From Alphaproteobacteria bacterium (lineage in GTDB: Bacteria; Pseudomonadota; Alphaproteobacteria; Bin95), in the NCBI GenBank assembly GCA_963665325.3, contig CAXXWS020000002.1:497644-561643 (forward strand): DNA of 64,000 bases, written 5' to 3'. Below, piece by piece: positions 1 to 8,986 of the stretch. The notes under the pieces were generated by a model. It did not search any database. It saw only the letters and a program-made list of their open reading frames with translations, and was not told the origin of the DNA. A program made the position numbers and the translations under genes. Position 1 is the first letter of the stretch; every line of letters starts with the position of its first letter.

Positions 1-1
1 C

Positions 2-478
2 GAGAATCCTGGTGACGCGTTGGTGGATCTGGCTCCACGGGTATTGGCCAGGAGGCAGGAGAGACCAGTTTGCGTTGCGGATCGTGGGCGACGGTTCCGC
101 GCCGGCAGGCGGGAAAAGGCTGGGGGGTTGAGGCCTGTCCTTGGACTGTTCGCCGCCAGGGGCCTGGGTGGCCATGCCGAAATATTCGAGCCAGGAAGGG
201 TCGAGAGTTTCCCTGGCGGTCGGCATCGTCTCGAGGACGAGGGAAACAAGGCGCCGGCCCTGGTCCCTGCAGTCGGGTGACGGGCAGATAGCAACCAGTC
301 CCCAAGGATAGCGGCCGTCGGCAGCGGCTTTCCCGTCATGGGCCTCGATCCTGAACCAGCCGGGCTCGGCGTAGCATGTACGCCCGCAGAGCGAGCAGGA
401 CATGTGGCCGGAAACGGTCTGCTTTCCGAGAAGGGACTCGATTTCGTGCAGGCCGCGGGGGCATTCCAGTTTACGCAT
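2..478 (-). CDS. hypothetical Cys-rich protein, partial (3' end runs off the window start)
   Basis: Own translation of the minus strand: ATG at 476-478, then 159 codons open to position 2 with no stop (MRKLECPRGLHEIESLLGKQTVSGHMSCSLCGRTCYAEPGW...). GC3 about 75%. Absent from the ORF track because there is no stop inside the window. No family recognised. Confidence 0.35.
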   Translation of the reverse strand, partial: MRKLECPRGLHEIESLLGKQTVSGHMSCSLCGRTCYAEPGWFRIEAHDGKAAADGRYPWGLVAICPSPDCRDQGRRLVSLVLETMPTARETLDPSWLEYFGMATQAPGGEQSKDRPQPPSLFPPAGAEPSPTIRNANWSLLPPGQYPWSQIHQRVTRIL

Positions 479-562
479 GGAGTCGACCCGTCAGAGTGTC
501 ATTCGCCACTCATGCGGAATCGACCCAAATGCGGGCAAGGCGCCCGTCGAACTTCCTTTGCA

Positions 563-2116
563 TCACCTTCCCCGAACCTTGATCGTGCAATCCACGTACC
601 CGCTTTCGTCTTGTTCCGCCCGCTGGAAACACCCCCTTATGGCCGAACCGTAGTGCTCCCAGATATGGTCCTTCCAGCCCAGGGTGGGGTCCGCCCGGGG
701 CAGGAACGGCAAGCGGCTCTGGACCGCCGCGCCGCCGGCGAAGAAAACCAGCGCCAGCGCCGCCGCCGCCAGTGCCGTCCTTGCCACACGCCGGCGTCCC
801 CGCCTGCGATCCACGGCGATGACGGCCGTCGAGCCCGACAGCATTTCCATCTGCGGGCCCATCTTCGCGCTCCATGCCTCGATCCTGTCCACGACGCCGC
901 GAATGCCGTCCAGGTTCTCGGCCAGGTTGGCGACCGACTCCTCGCTGAGCCTGTTTCCCGCCCCGATTTCCTTCTCGGCTTCGGCGTCACTTTGCCTCCT
1001 GGCGTCCAATGTCGACTCGCCCGATCCCTCGGAACCGTCCTCCTCGTCTGCAGGGCTTTCCCGGTTCGCCTGCGGCCCCGTCTCCGGTTCGTCCCGGGCG
1101 GCCTCGGCGCGCTCTTCCCCGGCAGGGCTCACTTTACGGCTTCCCGACATCATCTCCTTGCCTAGCTTGACGGCCTTGCCTGCCACTCCCTTCGCGATAT
1201 CGAGCCCCTTCTTTGCCTTTCCAGGTCGTGGGGCTGCCGTTTCCGCTTCGCCCGCCCCTCCTTCGCCTTCGCCTCGACCCGGCGCCCCGCGCTCGTCGTC
1301 ATCGACATCGGCATCCGGATATCCGCTTGCAGCGTGCGCCCCGCCAGGCGCGTCGCGGCCTCTTTCCGTTCCGGTCCCGCTTTCAGCTTCCACGCGAGGC
1401 ATCCCGGACCGGTCGGCGCCCCCGGCCGTCTCTGCAACCTCTCCGTAGCGGTCGGTCGCTCCAGACCCGGTCACCTTGGCGATCGCCCCGGCCAGAGCCG
1501 CATCCGTCTGGCCGTCGTCGGCTTGCCCTTCGGGGACAGCTTCCGGCTCCCGGCTCGTGTCCGGGCCTTGCCCTACACTTTCGATTTCCAAGCCATCATC
1601 CGGGTCCCGGTATTCTCCCTCGCCTTCCGACAGAATCAGGCCGGTCTCCGTGTCGTATCTGTCGCCGGAGGGAGTCACCGACACAGCGCGCGTTCCGGCC
1701 CCGTCGCCGGCGCCCGGCGCCTCTTCCATGGCCGCGTCATTCGGCGGAGGTTCCGCTGCCCGTTCCGGCTCGGTGCTGTCCTGCGGGGCCGGGTTGTCGG
1801 CGTCCTCAGCCGGCGACGTTTCGACAGCGGTCTCCACACCCCCATCGCCGACCGCTTCGCTCAGGATTTTCCGCGCTGCCGTCCTCGCCTCTTCGAGGTT
1901 CATGTCTGCGTAGCGGGCGATCCGGATCCGGCGGCTCCGGACTTTCCCATCCTCCTGCCTCGTCCTGGCACTGACGATCCACGATTTTGTTCCCGAAGGC
2001 AGGATACGTAATCCGAAACCGGCCAAACCCTCGTCCCAGGCGACCCACTCCCTTTCCTTGGGCTTCAATGCATCGACGCTCGCCTGATCGAACTCAAACC
2101 TCCCTGACATCATCAC
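563..2116 (-). CDS. membrane-anchored protein with an integrase Arm-type (DUF4102-like) N-terminal DNA-binding domain, a long acidic low-complexity linker and a C-terminal TM segment; no recombinase catalytic domain
   Basis: The N-terminus FEFDQASVDALKPKEREWVAWDEGLAGFGLRILPSGTKSWIVSAR...IARYADMNLEEARTAARK matches the P4-type integrase Arm domain pattern. About 330 aa rich in D/E/G/A/P follow. Then comes the TM segment VARTALAAAALALVFFAGGAAV and a 50-aa tail with 2 Cys. A strong SD (GGGAGGTG) abuts the GTG-ATG-ATG start cluster at 2108-2116. Confidence 0.75.
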   Translation of the reverse strand: MMMSGRFEFDQASVDALKPKEREWVAWDEGLAGFGLRILPSGTKSWIVSARTRQEDGKVRSRRIRIARYADMNLEEARTAARKILSEAVGDGGVETAVETSPAEDADNPAPQDSTEPERAAEPPPNDAAMEEAPGAGDGAGTRAVSVTPSGDRYDTETGLILSEGEGEYRDPDDGLEIESVGQGPDTSREPEAVPEGQADDGQTDAALAGAIAKVTGSGATDRYGEVAETAGGADRSGMPRVEAESGTGTERGRDAPGGAHAASGYPDADVDDDERGAPGRGEGEGGAGEAETAAPRPGKAKKGLDIAKGVAGKAVKLGKEMMSGSRKVSPAGEERAEAARDEPETGPQANRESPADEEDGSEGSGESTLDARRQSDAEAEKEIGAGNRLSEESVANLAENLDGIRGVVDRIEAWSAKMGPQMEMLSGSTAVIAVDRRRGRRRVARTALAAAALALVFFAGGAAVQSRLPFLPRADPTLGWKDHIWEHYGSAIRGCFQRAEQDESGYVDCTIKVRGR

Positions 2117-2154
2117 CTCCCGCTACAGCCTTTCGTCGCACAGTTCCGGCTCAC

Positions 2155-2780
2155 GCTGGCGCGCCATGGAGCGGCCGTGGATTCCTGGAGCGCGCCCGTG
2201 GCGCTGGACCGCGCGCCATGGAGCGGCCGTGGATTCCTGGAGCGCGCCCGTGGCGCTGGACCGCGCGCCATGGAGCGGCCGTGGATTCCGTGGCGCGCGC
2301 CCGTGGGGCTGGCCCGCGCGCCATGGAGCGGCCGTGGATTCCTGGAGCGCGCCCGTGGGGCTGGCCGCGCGCCATGGAGCGGCCGTGGATTCCGTGGCGC
2401 GCGCCCGTGGGGCTGGCCCGCGCGCCATGGAGCGGCCGTGGATTCCTGGAGCGCGCCCGTGGCGCTGGACCGCGCGCCATGGAGCGGCCGTGGATTCCTG
2501 GAGCGCGCCCGTGGGGCTGGACCGCGCGCCATGGAGCGGCCGTGGATTCCTGGAGCGCGCCCGTGGGGCTGGCCGCGCGCCATGGAGCGGCCGTGGATTC
2601 CGTGGCGCGCGCCCGTGGGGCTGACCGCGCGCCATGGAGCGGCCGTGGATTCCGTGGCGCGCGCCCGTGGGGCTGACCGCGCGCCATGGAGCGGCCGTGG
2701 ATTCCGTGGCGCGCGCCCGTGGGGCTGGCCGTGCGCCATGGAGCGGCCGTGGATTCCTGGGGCGCAGCCGGCTCCACTGC
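2155..2780. repeat. tandem array of 12 copies of a ~52-bp unit (period 51-53 bp) with internally phased CC(A/G)TGG hexamers
   Basis: CCATGG cores at 2164, 2216, 2268, 2321, 2372, 2425, 2477, 2529, 2580, 2632, 2684 and 2736. There are two unit subtypes (..ATTCCTGGAGCGCGCCCGTGG.. and ..ATTCCGTGGCGCGCGCCCGTGG..). Units are directly adjacent with no unique spacers. Confidence 0.95.
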
Positions 2781-2802
2781 TTCGTCGGTTTTCCGCCGAG
2801 CC

Positions 2803-4845
2803 TCACTCTGCCGCTGCCGGCATGGACGCCGCCGGGCCGAGGCGCTTGCGTATCTTCCCGATTTCCTGCGCAAGGTCCCGGTCGAACCGGTCCAGTTCCG
2901 ACATGGCCTCCCGCCGGCGCAGCAGTCCGGCTGCTTTGAGCTTCCGCTCCACATAGGGATTGGGATCGGCATCGCCTCGCAGCGCGGCATGCTCCCAGTA
3001 GCGGGTGATGGCGAGCCGCATGGCGTCCCTCGGGAGCTCCTTGGAGGCGGCGATCACATACTGCTCGTCCGGTTTCATCATCACCAGGTCCTCGGGGCGC
3101 ACGATGCGCTCCTTGACGAGGTTGCGGCTGTCGCCGGTGGTGACCTTGTTGGCGGCGAGCAGGACCGAGCGGCCCATGGGCGTGCCGGAGGAGGTCTGGG
3201 TGTAGCCCTCGAAGGTGGCGTGGCCGATGGCCTTGGAGACTTCCTCCGCGCCGGCGGCGTCCGCGCGCGACCAGCCGAGGATCTGGACGACTTCGGAGAG
3301 GTCGATCATCTCCTGGCGGCGCTGCTTGCCCCAGCTGCCGTCGATCCCGGAGAGCGCCTGGGCGAAGGCCCAGAAATGGACGCCGCGCCCGGCGCCCGTC
3401 CTCCAGGCGTCCATGACGGGTTCGAGGTAGCCGACGGCCGGCATCTCGTCCATGACGACCAGCATGTCCTTCTTCAGAGACCGGCGGGCGGCGACGGCGA
3501 ACGGGATCGCGATCCAGAGCCTGAGCCAGGGGCGCGCCGCCTTGAGGACCTCCTCCGGCACCACGACGAAGATGTCCATGTTGCCTTCGGCCAGGTCGTG
3601 CGGATCGAATGTGCTGGCCGCCGTCTGCGCCTGGATCTTCGGATGCGCCAGGAACTGCATCTGGTTGGCGATCGTGGTGTAGTTCGAACCGCTCTCCTGC
3701 TTGCCGATGGCCTGCTCGGACTCCATGGCGCGGTGCGCGAGCCCGCCGGCGAACATGTCGCCCTCGAGGATCTGCGCCATCAGTGCGCTGCGCCTGTCGG
3801 GACCGGCCGAGAGGTTGTCGAACACGTGGGCCAGGTTCCGCTTCTCCTTCTCCGCCCCATAGGCCGCCCAGGCGATATGGCCGGAGATCAGGCGCTTGGC
3901 GCTCTCGTGGAAATGGCGGCTGTTGCCGCCGTCGTTCGCGGGCGGCGTGAGCAGGCCCTGGACGAGCACATCGACATCCTGGACGGCCTTCTCCTCGCCG
4001 CGCAGGAAATCGAGCGGGTTGTAGGTGTGCTTCTTCGCGAAGCGCGGCAGGTGGCAATGGGGATGCTGTTCGCGGTGGCGGTCGATAACGCCATAGGGGT
4101 CGAGCAGGATGACCTCGCGGCCGAGCTCGCGCCGGCGGCGGGCGACGATCGGATAGAGCTCGCCGCGCGGGTCGATGGTGACGGTCGAGCCCTGCCAGCC
4201 GCGCCCGTGGGGGGCCAGCATGTTGGCGGCGATGAGCGCGCCCTTGCCGGTGCGGGGCGGGGCGATGGTGACGGCATGGCCCTCGAGCGGCCAGACGGCG
4301 AGCGGGGCGCGGCTGCCGGGCCCGGTCTGGCCGAGCAGGATGCCGTCCTGGCGCCGCGCGAGCTTCCGGAGATGGCGCGCGCCCATGAGCTTCGAGGCGC
4401 CGTGGAGCTCGGACTTCGACCGCCTGCGCCTGGCGATCCGCCCGGCGCCGGTGAGCGCGGTCAGCAGCGCTACCAGCCAGAGGAACCCGAGCAGGGGCGC
4501 GATGAGCAGCGGCGCCGCCAGCCGGAACGCGTCGATCGCCGCGCTGCCCTTGGCCAGCGCCAGGACCCCGCCGAACTCGCCGGCGAGCAGGAACGGCGCC
4601 GTGTCGATCGCGATCGACATGGCGGCGATGGCGGCCGTCGGTCCCCAGACGCCGATCTTCCAGCCGAGGCCGCCGCGCTTGAGCTCGGTGAACAGCAGCA
4701 CGGCGAGCGAGGCCGCGGCCATGCCGGCAAGCGCCCAGCCCCGCAGCTCCGGATCGGGCCGTTCGGTCCAGAGCCACCAGACGAGGCCGGCGCCCGGAAT
4801 GCCGGTCGCCAGCGCCAGGCCCAGATGGGTTGCAAATCCGCCCAT
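2803..4845 (-). CDS. type IV secretion coupling protein (VirD4/TraG/DotL family)
   Basis: Multi-TM N-terminus, Walker A APPRTGKGA, and TraG/VirD4-like blocks TIDPRGELY, LLDPYG, YNPLDFL, VVMDEMPAVG. The track ORF starts at 4875, but the ATG at 4845 has a GGAAGGAA SD 6 nt upstream and is preferred. Confidence 0.85.
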   Translation of the reverse strand: MGGFATHLGLALATGIPGAGLVWWLWTERPDPELRGWALAGMAAASLAVLLFTELKRGGLGWKIGVWGPTAAIAAMSIAIDTAPFLLAGEFGGVLALAKGSAAIDAFRLAAPLLIAPLLGFLWLVALLTALTGAGRIARRRRSKSELHGASKLMGARHLRKLARRQDGILLGQTGPGSRAPLAVWPLEGHAVTIAPPRTGKGALIAANMLAPHGRGWQGSTVTIDPRGELYPIVARRRRELGREVILLDPYGVIDRHREQHPHCHLPRFAKKHTYNPLDFLRGEEKAVQDVDVLVQGLLTPPANDGGNSRHFHESAKRLISGHIAWAAYGAEKEKRNLAHVFDNLSAGPDRRSALMAQILEGDMFAGGLAHRAMESEQAIGKQESGSNYTTIANQMQFLAHPKIQAQTAASTFDPHDLAEGNMDIFVVVPEEVLKAARPWLRLWIAIPFAVAARRSLKKDMLVVMDEMPAVGYLEPVMDAWRTGAGRGVHFWAFAQALSGIDGSWGKQRRQEMIDLSEVVQILGWSRADAAGAEEVSKAIGHATFEGYTQTSSGTPMGRSVLLAANKVTTGDSRNLVKERIVRPEDLVMMKPDEQYVIAASKELPRDAMRLAITRYWEHAALRGDADPNPYVERKLKAAGLLRRREAMSELDRFDRDLAQEIGKIRKRLGPAASMPAAAE

Positions 4846-4991
4846 GGCGTTCCTTCCTTCGGAGCTTGTCTGCATTTCCGGTCATGCGGTTGTTCCGGGG
4901 GCCGACCCCGACCCGACCCGTCAATCCGGGGCGGCCGAAGCCGCCCCGATCTCCTTTATTTTCTTCATCGTGCTGCTCCAGTCGGCGATCT

Positions 4992-7313
4992 TCACAGCCC
5001 GTCATCCACGGGCGATTGCGGGCCCGGCCCCCCGCGGCCGGTCGGCAGCCGCCCGCCGCCGCGCCCTCTTTGACCGACCCGCATCGGTCCGACGCGCCCG
5101 AACGCGCCCGCGATGCCGCCGCCGAGGCGGTCGGCCTCGCCGTCCCTGCCGTCGCGCCCGCCGATCCAGTCCATGGCGATCGAGGGCAGGTGGTCGATCA
5201 GCTTGAAACAGCCGTTCATCAGCCCGTAGACGGTCATCAGGTAGATCGCCAACATGGCGAGCCAGCCGAGCACGCCGATCCCGTCCGAGGCGCCGGCGTC
5301 GAACACGAGGCCCCGGAACACGTCGTTGAAGGTGTCCATGATCGTGACGAACAGCAGGTAGCCAGTGACGAGGCCGAACAGCATCAGCACCGGGCGCAGG
5401 ATCAGCCCGGGCAGGAAGAGCCAGCCCTGGCGGGTCGCCTGCGTGACGAACCCCTCGCCGCGCACGGTGTGGCCGGCGAGCCAGACCGGCATGGCGAACA
5501 CGGCCGCGATGACGGCGACCAGCCAGGCGAGCAGGCCGAACAGGAACCGCAGGAACGGCAGCACCGGCACGAGATAGGCCAGCACCAGGCCGGCCAGGAT
5601 CATCACGCCCAGTATGGTCGAGATGAAGCTGTCCATGACCTGCCATGCCGCCTCGAACGCATCCAGCCCGCCGCCGATGAGCGGGATGGAGTTCAGCAGG
5701 TTCGATCCCGTCGCAAGGCCGCCGAGCAGCAGAATCGAGCCGAGCGCCTTGGTGACCAGGCTGTGTCCGAGCGAGACCAGGTCCAGGATCGGGTTGCCGC
5801 TGTCGACCAGCTGGATGTCCTCGATGTCGAGCCAGTCGAAGGAGCCGCGCCCGATCCCGCCGATGCCGCCGGAGCCGGGCGCGGGGTCCGCGCCGGCGCC
5901 CAGCACGGCCGGATATTCGAGCGAGCCGGCAAGCTGCTCGGCCGCCGCGGTCACCGCCGCGCTCGCCTGCGGGACGCGCTCGCCGAGCCGTGCGGACGGG
6001 CCCGCAACCCTCGGAATGCTTCCCGCGCCCAACTGGTATTCGCCGACATGGCGGGTTATGGTCATGAACAGCGAGGCCGCGAGCGTCCAGGGGCTGTTCT
6101 TCGCCTCCTCCTGCAGCGCCTCTTCGAGCGCGTTCGTGGCCTCGTCCCGGGTCGAGTCCGCCGCCGCCCTCACGGTCGCCAGATACGTCCCGAGCGGATC
6201 GGCGCCGACCAGCAGCGCCTCGATATCGGGCAGCGGGCCGTCATTGCGCACCGTGCCGGGGGGTGCGGCAAACCATAGGGCCACCCGGTCCGCAATGGCG
6301 CCCAGCGCCGGACGGATGGCGTCGAACGCGGCGCTCTGGGCCTCCGCCATCTTTCCGCCTGGCGTCACGCCGCCGTCGAGGCCCGACAGCCTGACGCTGC
6401 CGCACATGCCCTTCGGCATGCCGCCGGCCTTGCCGTCATAGCTTAGCGTCCGGAAGCCCCGGCCCCTGTAGGCCCTTCTCTGCTGCTGCAGGGGGCTGGA
6501 CCTCTGCGTCTCCGTCACCTCGACATAGGGCGGGTCGCCGACCTCCCGGGCCGCCAGGTTGGCGGTGCGCGCGCAGAGTTCCGCCAGGAAGATCCCCGCA
6601 ATGGCGGCCCGGAGCGGGCGCTGGTGCGGCGCCGGCGCCACCATGGTCCCGTTGCCGAGCACGTCGCGGGAGAACTCGCCCCAGACGATCTGGGCGATAT
6701 CGCCGCCGGTGCGGGCGAGCGAGAGCGCGATATGCTGGCCGCCGGAGAGCCCGCCGGCGAGCGGGACCATGAGCAGGAACGCGGCCACGATCCGGAGCGT
6801 CTCCTTGCCGGTGAACCCCCAGCGGCCCCGGCTTGCGGTATCGACCGTGCCGGCCGCCGTCCACCAGACGAGCAGCACGCCGGCGAGAACCAGGATCGCG
6901 CCGTTGTAGATCGTCAGCATGCCGGAGAGCGCGGTATTGTTGCCGGCATCGAGATCGGAGAGGAACGCCAGCAGGGCGCGTCCCGCTTGATCGGGCTCGC
7001 CCGACAGGTCCGGGACGGGCGGTGTCTGGGCCTCCGCCGGCGAGGACCCTGTCCACATGGCGAGCGCGGCCATGGCGATCCATATCAGCCCGGCGAGCGC
7101 CATGGCGACGCCGAGCCAGCCGAGCGGCCCGCGCGGGCGCGGCAGTCCGCTCTTGCCGCGCCGACGTGGCAGTCCGCCTCCCGCTCCCTGCGGCCGTCGC
7201 AGGCCGCCGGATATCGTGCGCAGCAGGCCGGCGGCGTCCCCGAGCGCCCGCGCGGCCGGGCCGAACAGATCGGGCAGCAGGATATAGCGGGCGAGGGAGG
7301 GACGGCGCGCCAT
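4992..7313 (-). CDS. dotA: large polytopic membrane protein, DotA/TraY-like
   Basis: 773 aa. The C-terminal half has many TM helices and Gly-rich loops (..LIGGGLDAFEAAWQVMDSFISTILGVMILAGLVLAYLVPVLPFLRF..). It occupies the TraY position, after the TraU-V-W-like genes and before the coupling protein, as in IncI R64. Confidence 0.6.
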   Translation of the reverse strand: MARRPSLARYILLPDLFGPAARALGDAAGLLRTISGGLRRPQGAGGGLPRRRGKSGLPRPRGPLGWLGVAMALAGLIWIAMAALAMWTGSSPAEAQTPPVPDLSGEPDQAGRALLAFLSDLDAGNNTALSGMLTIYNGAILVLAGVLLVWWTAAGTVDTASRGRWGFTGKETLRIVAAFLLMVPLAGGLSGGQHIALSLARTGGDIAQIVWGEFSRDVLGNGTMVAPAPHQRPLRAAIAGIFLAELCARTANLAAREVGDPPYVEVTETQRSSPLQQQRRAYRGRGFRTLSYDGKAGGMPKGMCGSVRLSGLDGGVTPGGKMAEAQSAAFDAIRPALGAIADRVALWFAAPPGTVRNDGPLPDIEALLVGADPLGTYLATVRAAADSTRDEATNALEEALQEEAKNSPWTLAASLFMTITRHVGEYQLGAGSIPRVAGPSARLGERVPQASAAVTAAAEQLAGSLEYPAVLGAGADPAPGSGGIGGIGRGSFDWLDIEDIQLVDSGNPILDLVSLGHSLVTKALGSILLLGGLATGSNLLNSIPLIGGGLDAFEAAWQVMDSFISTILGVMILAGLVLAYLVPVLPFLRFLFGLLAWLVAVIAAVFAMPVWLAGHTVRGEGFVTQATRQGWLFLPGLILRPVLMLFGLVTGYLLFVTIMDTFNDVFRGLVFDAGASDGIGVLGWLAMLAIYLMTVYGLMNGCFKLIDHLPSIAMDWIGGRDGRDGEADRLGGGIAGAFGRVGPMRVGQRGRGGGRLPTGRGGPGPQSPVDDGL

Positions 7314-7319
7314 GGCGGA

Positions 7320-8459
7320 TCAGTTCGCCCCCGCCCGTCCGGCGACCCTGCGGTCGCGGTCGATCCGCGCCGCCAGCATCGCGGCCTGGATGGCGAGGCG
7401 GCGCTCCTCCAGGCGGAACCGCTCGCGGTCGAGCAGCAGCGAGGCCGCAAGCAGCGAGGCGGTCTCGCGCAAGAGCGCCTCGCCGCCCATGGACTGGAGC
7501 TCCGTCCACCAGGCCGTGCGCTCGAACCGTTTCGCGGCCAGCAGGTCGACCAGCTCCAGCCGGCTGACAGCCGCTTCCGGATCGCGGTCCGGATCGACCG
7601 CCGCCGCCCAGGCGCCGAGTTCGGGTCCGGGCGCCCTGAGCGCGCGCAGATGGCCGAGCGCCTCGGCCGCCAGCGCGCGCCGGGCGGCGGCCGACCGCGA
7701 GGCCATGACGCGCGCGCGCTCCGAGGCGGAGTCGACGGCGCCGAGCGGCTCGGGGTCCTCGACCGCCGGCACGGTCAGGTTGCGGGAGAGGTCGATCGCC
7801 GCCTGCAGCTCGTTTTCCGAGGCGAAGGTCTCGACGCCGAACAGGCTGTCGGGGCGCAAGTCCGCGCCATGGTCCTCGGACGCGCCCGAGCAGGCCGCGC
7901 TCTGGAGCGGCGCGCGGTCCGGGCTGCACCAGCGCTCCAGGATGCGCCGGTAGCGCTCGGCGCTGTCGGTGGCGGCTGCCGGTGCCGATCCCGTCGCCCG
8001 GTCGCCGGCGATGCGGCCGGTCTCGGAGACGGCGGCCGCGCGGCCCGCGAGTCGGCTCGCGGCGCGCGCCTGGGCGAGGCCCTCCGCGCCGGTGGTCACG
8101 GTGCAGGCCGAGCGCGAGGGCCGGCGCGCGACCTGCGCCTTCACCTCGGCCGCCTCGCGCTCGGTCTGCGCGCGCACCGCGGCATGGCTGTCGATCGCCG
8201 TGGTGATCGCCTTCGCGCTCTGCGCGATGTAGCCCGACTGCTGGCCGGTCTGCCTCACCAGCGCGTCATGGATGGTGCGTTCCAGGATCGCGATGCGGGC
8301 GTTCACCCTGGTGATCACCCGGCTCGCCTCGCTCACCGTCTTCCAGGTCGGCGTGCATTTGCCACCGCCGCCGAAGAACGCCTCCGCTGGCGTGGCGGCG
8401 AGCGCCCAGGCCGCGACAATTGCCGCCCCGGCCGTCAGGAACCGCGCCGTCCTGCTCAT
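7320..8459 (-). CDS. secreted periplasmic T4BSS-associated protein (TraW/IcmX position)
   Basis: Signal peptide MSRTARFLTAGAAIVAAWALAATPAEA. ATGA overlap with the upstream gene at 8456-8459. Assignment is from synteny only. Confidence 0.5.
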   Translation of the reverse strand: MSRTARFLTAGAAIVAAWALAATPAEAFFGGGGKCTPTWKTVSEASRVITRVNARIAILERTIHDALVRQTGQQSGYIAQSAKAITTAIDSHAAVRAQTEREAAEVKAQVARRPSRSACTVTTGAEGLAQARAASRLAGRAAAVSETGRIAGDRATGSAPAAATDSAERYRRILERWCSPDRAPLQSAACSGASEDHGADLRPDSLFGVETFASENELQAAIDLSRNLTVPAVEDPEPLGAVDSASERARVMASRSAAARRALAAEALGHLRALRAPGPELGAWAAAVDPDRDPEAAVSRLELVDLLAAKRFERTAWWTELQSMGGEALLRETASLLAASLLLDRERFRLEERRLAIQAAMLAARIDRDRRVAGRAGAN

Positions 8460-8986
8460 TGCGTCGTTCCCCCGAAGAGGCGGCGGAATCGCTCGCGCTC
8501 GATACCGGCGTCCTCGAGGACATTGCCGCGCACGGTCGTGGTCCGCGTCCCCGGAATGTCATGGACCGGGCCGGCGAACACGCGCGCGTCGAGGCTTCGC
8601 CCGACATGGCGGTTGTAGACGTCGCGGGCCTCCGAGCAGATCCGCTTGCGGGCGAGGTTGAGGATGCGGTCGAGCGCGGCGCCCGGATCGTGGAGGATGT
8701 TGAAGCCGCGATAGTCGAACATGTCCCACACGCAGCTGAGGTCGAGGATCGAGTCCGGCTTGCGAATGCCCTGGTCGGAATGGCGGATGACCTGGAAATC
8801 CGCCTGCACGCCGGCCTCGGCCGCATCCACCAGCGCTTCCGCGACCCGGGGATCGCAGTCGGCCGGCCCGGAAGGGGGAGTGCCCGGCGCGTCCTGCGCA
8901 GCGGCCGGCCCCGCCGATATCAGCAGCAGGGCGAGCAGCGCCGCCGGTCCCCTTCTCGCCGCCATGCCTGCCTTCGCTGTCTTCAT
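8456..8986 (-). CDS. secreted 176-aa protein (TraV position)
   Basis: Trimmed from track ORF 8456..10051 to the ATG at 8986, which overlaps the dotO stop as ATGA. Signal peptide MKTAKAGMAARRGPAALLALLLISAGPAAA. Three Cys. Confidence 0.6.
   Translation of the reverse strand: MKTAKAGMAARRGPAALLALLLISAGPAAAQDAPGTPPSGPADCDPRVAEALVDAAEAGVQADFQVIRHSDQGIRKPDSILDLSCVWDMFDYRGFNILHDPGAALDRILNLARKRICSEARDVYNRHVGRSLDARVFAGPVHDIPGTRTTTVRGNVLEDAGIERERFRRLFGGTTQ

Noticed and set aside
20-1165. Plus-strand ORFs at the left edge (20..280, 70..291, 338..1165, 684..1448, 1213..1974 and others).
   Set aside because: They overlap the better-supported minus-strand genes (2..478 partial; 563..2116, which has a strong SD and an Arm-domain motif) and have low-complexity R/P/A/S-rich products.
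2155-2780. CRISPR array interpretation of the 12 regular repeats.
   Set aside because: The units are directly abutting with no unique spacers. The period is ~52 bp in total, not repeat plus spacer. No cas genes are present in the window.
1987-5005. Long ORFs running through the repeat array on both strands (for example 2123..5005 minus, 960 aa; 2113..2739; 2151..2990; 1987..2676; 2166..2624; 2177..2956), encoding reiterated peptides such as MERPWIPGARPWGW or HGRSMARGPAPRAR.
   Set aside because: The periodic peptide simply mirrors the 52-bp DNA period (not a multiple of 3, so the frames rotate). All six frames are open here. The ORFs overlap the well-supported coupling-protein gene. They are treated as artefacts of a non-coding tandem repeat.
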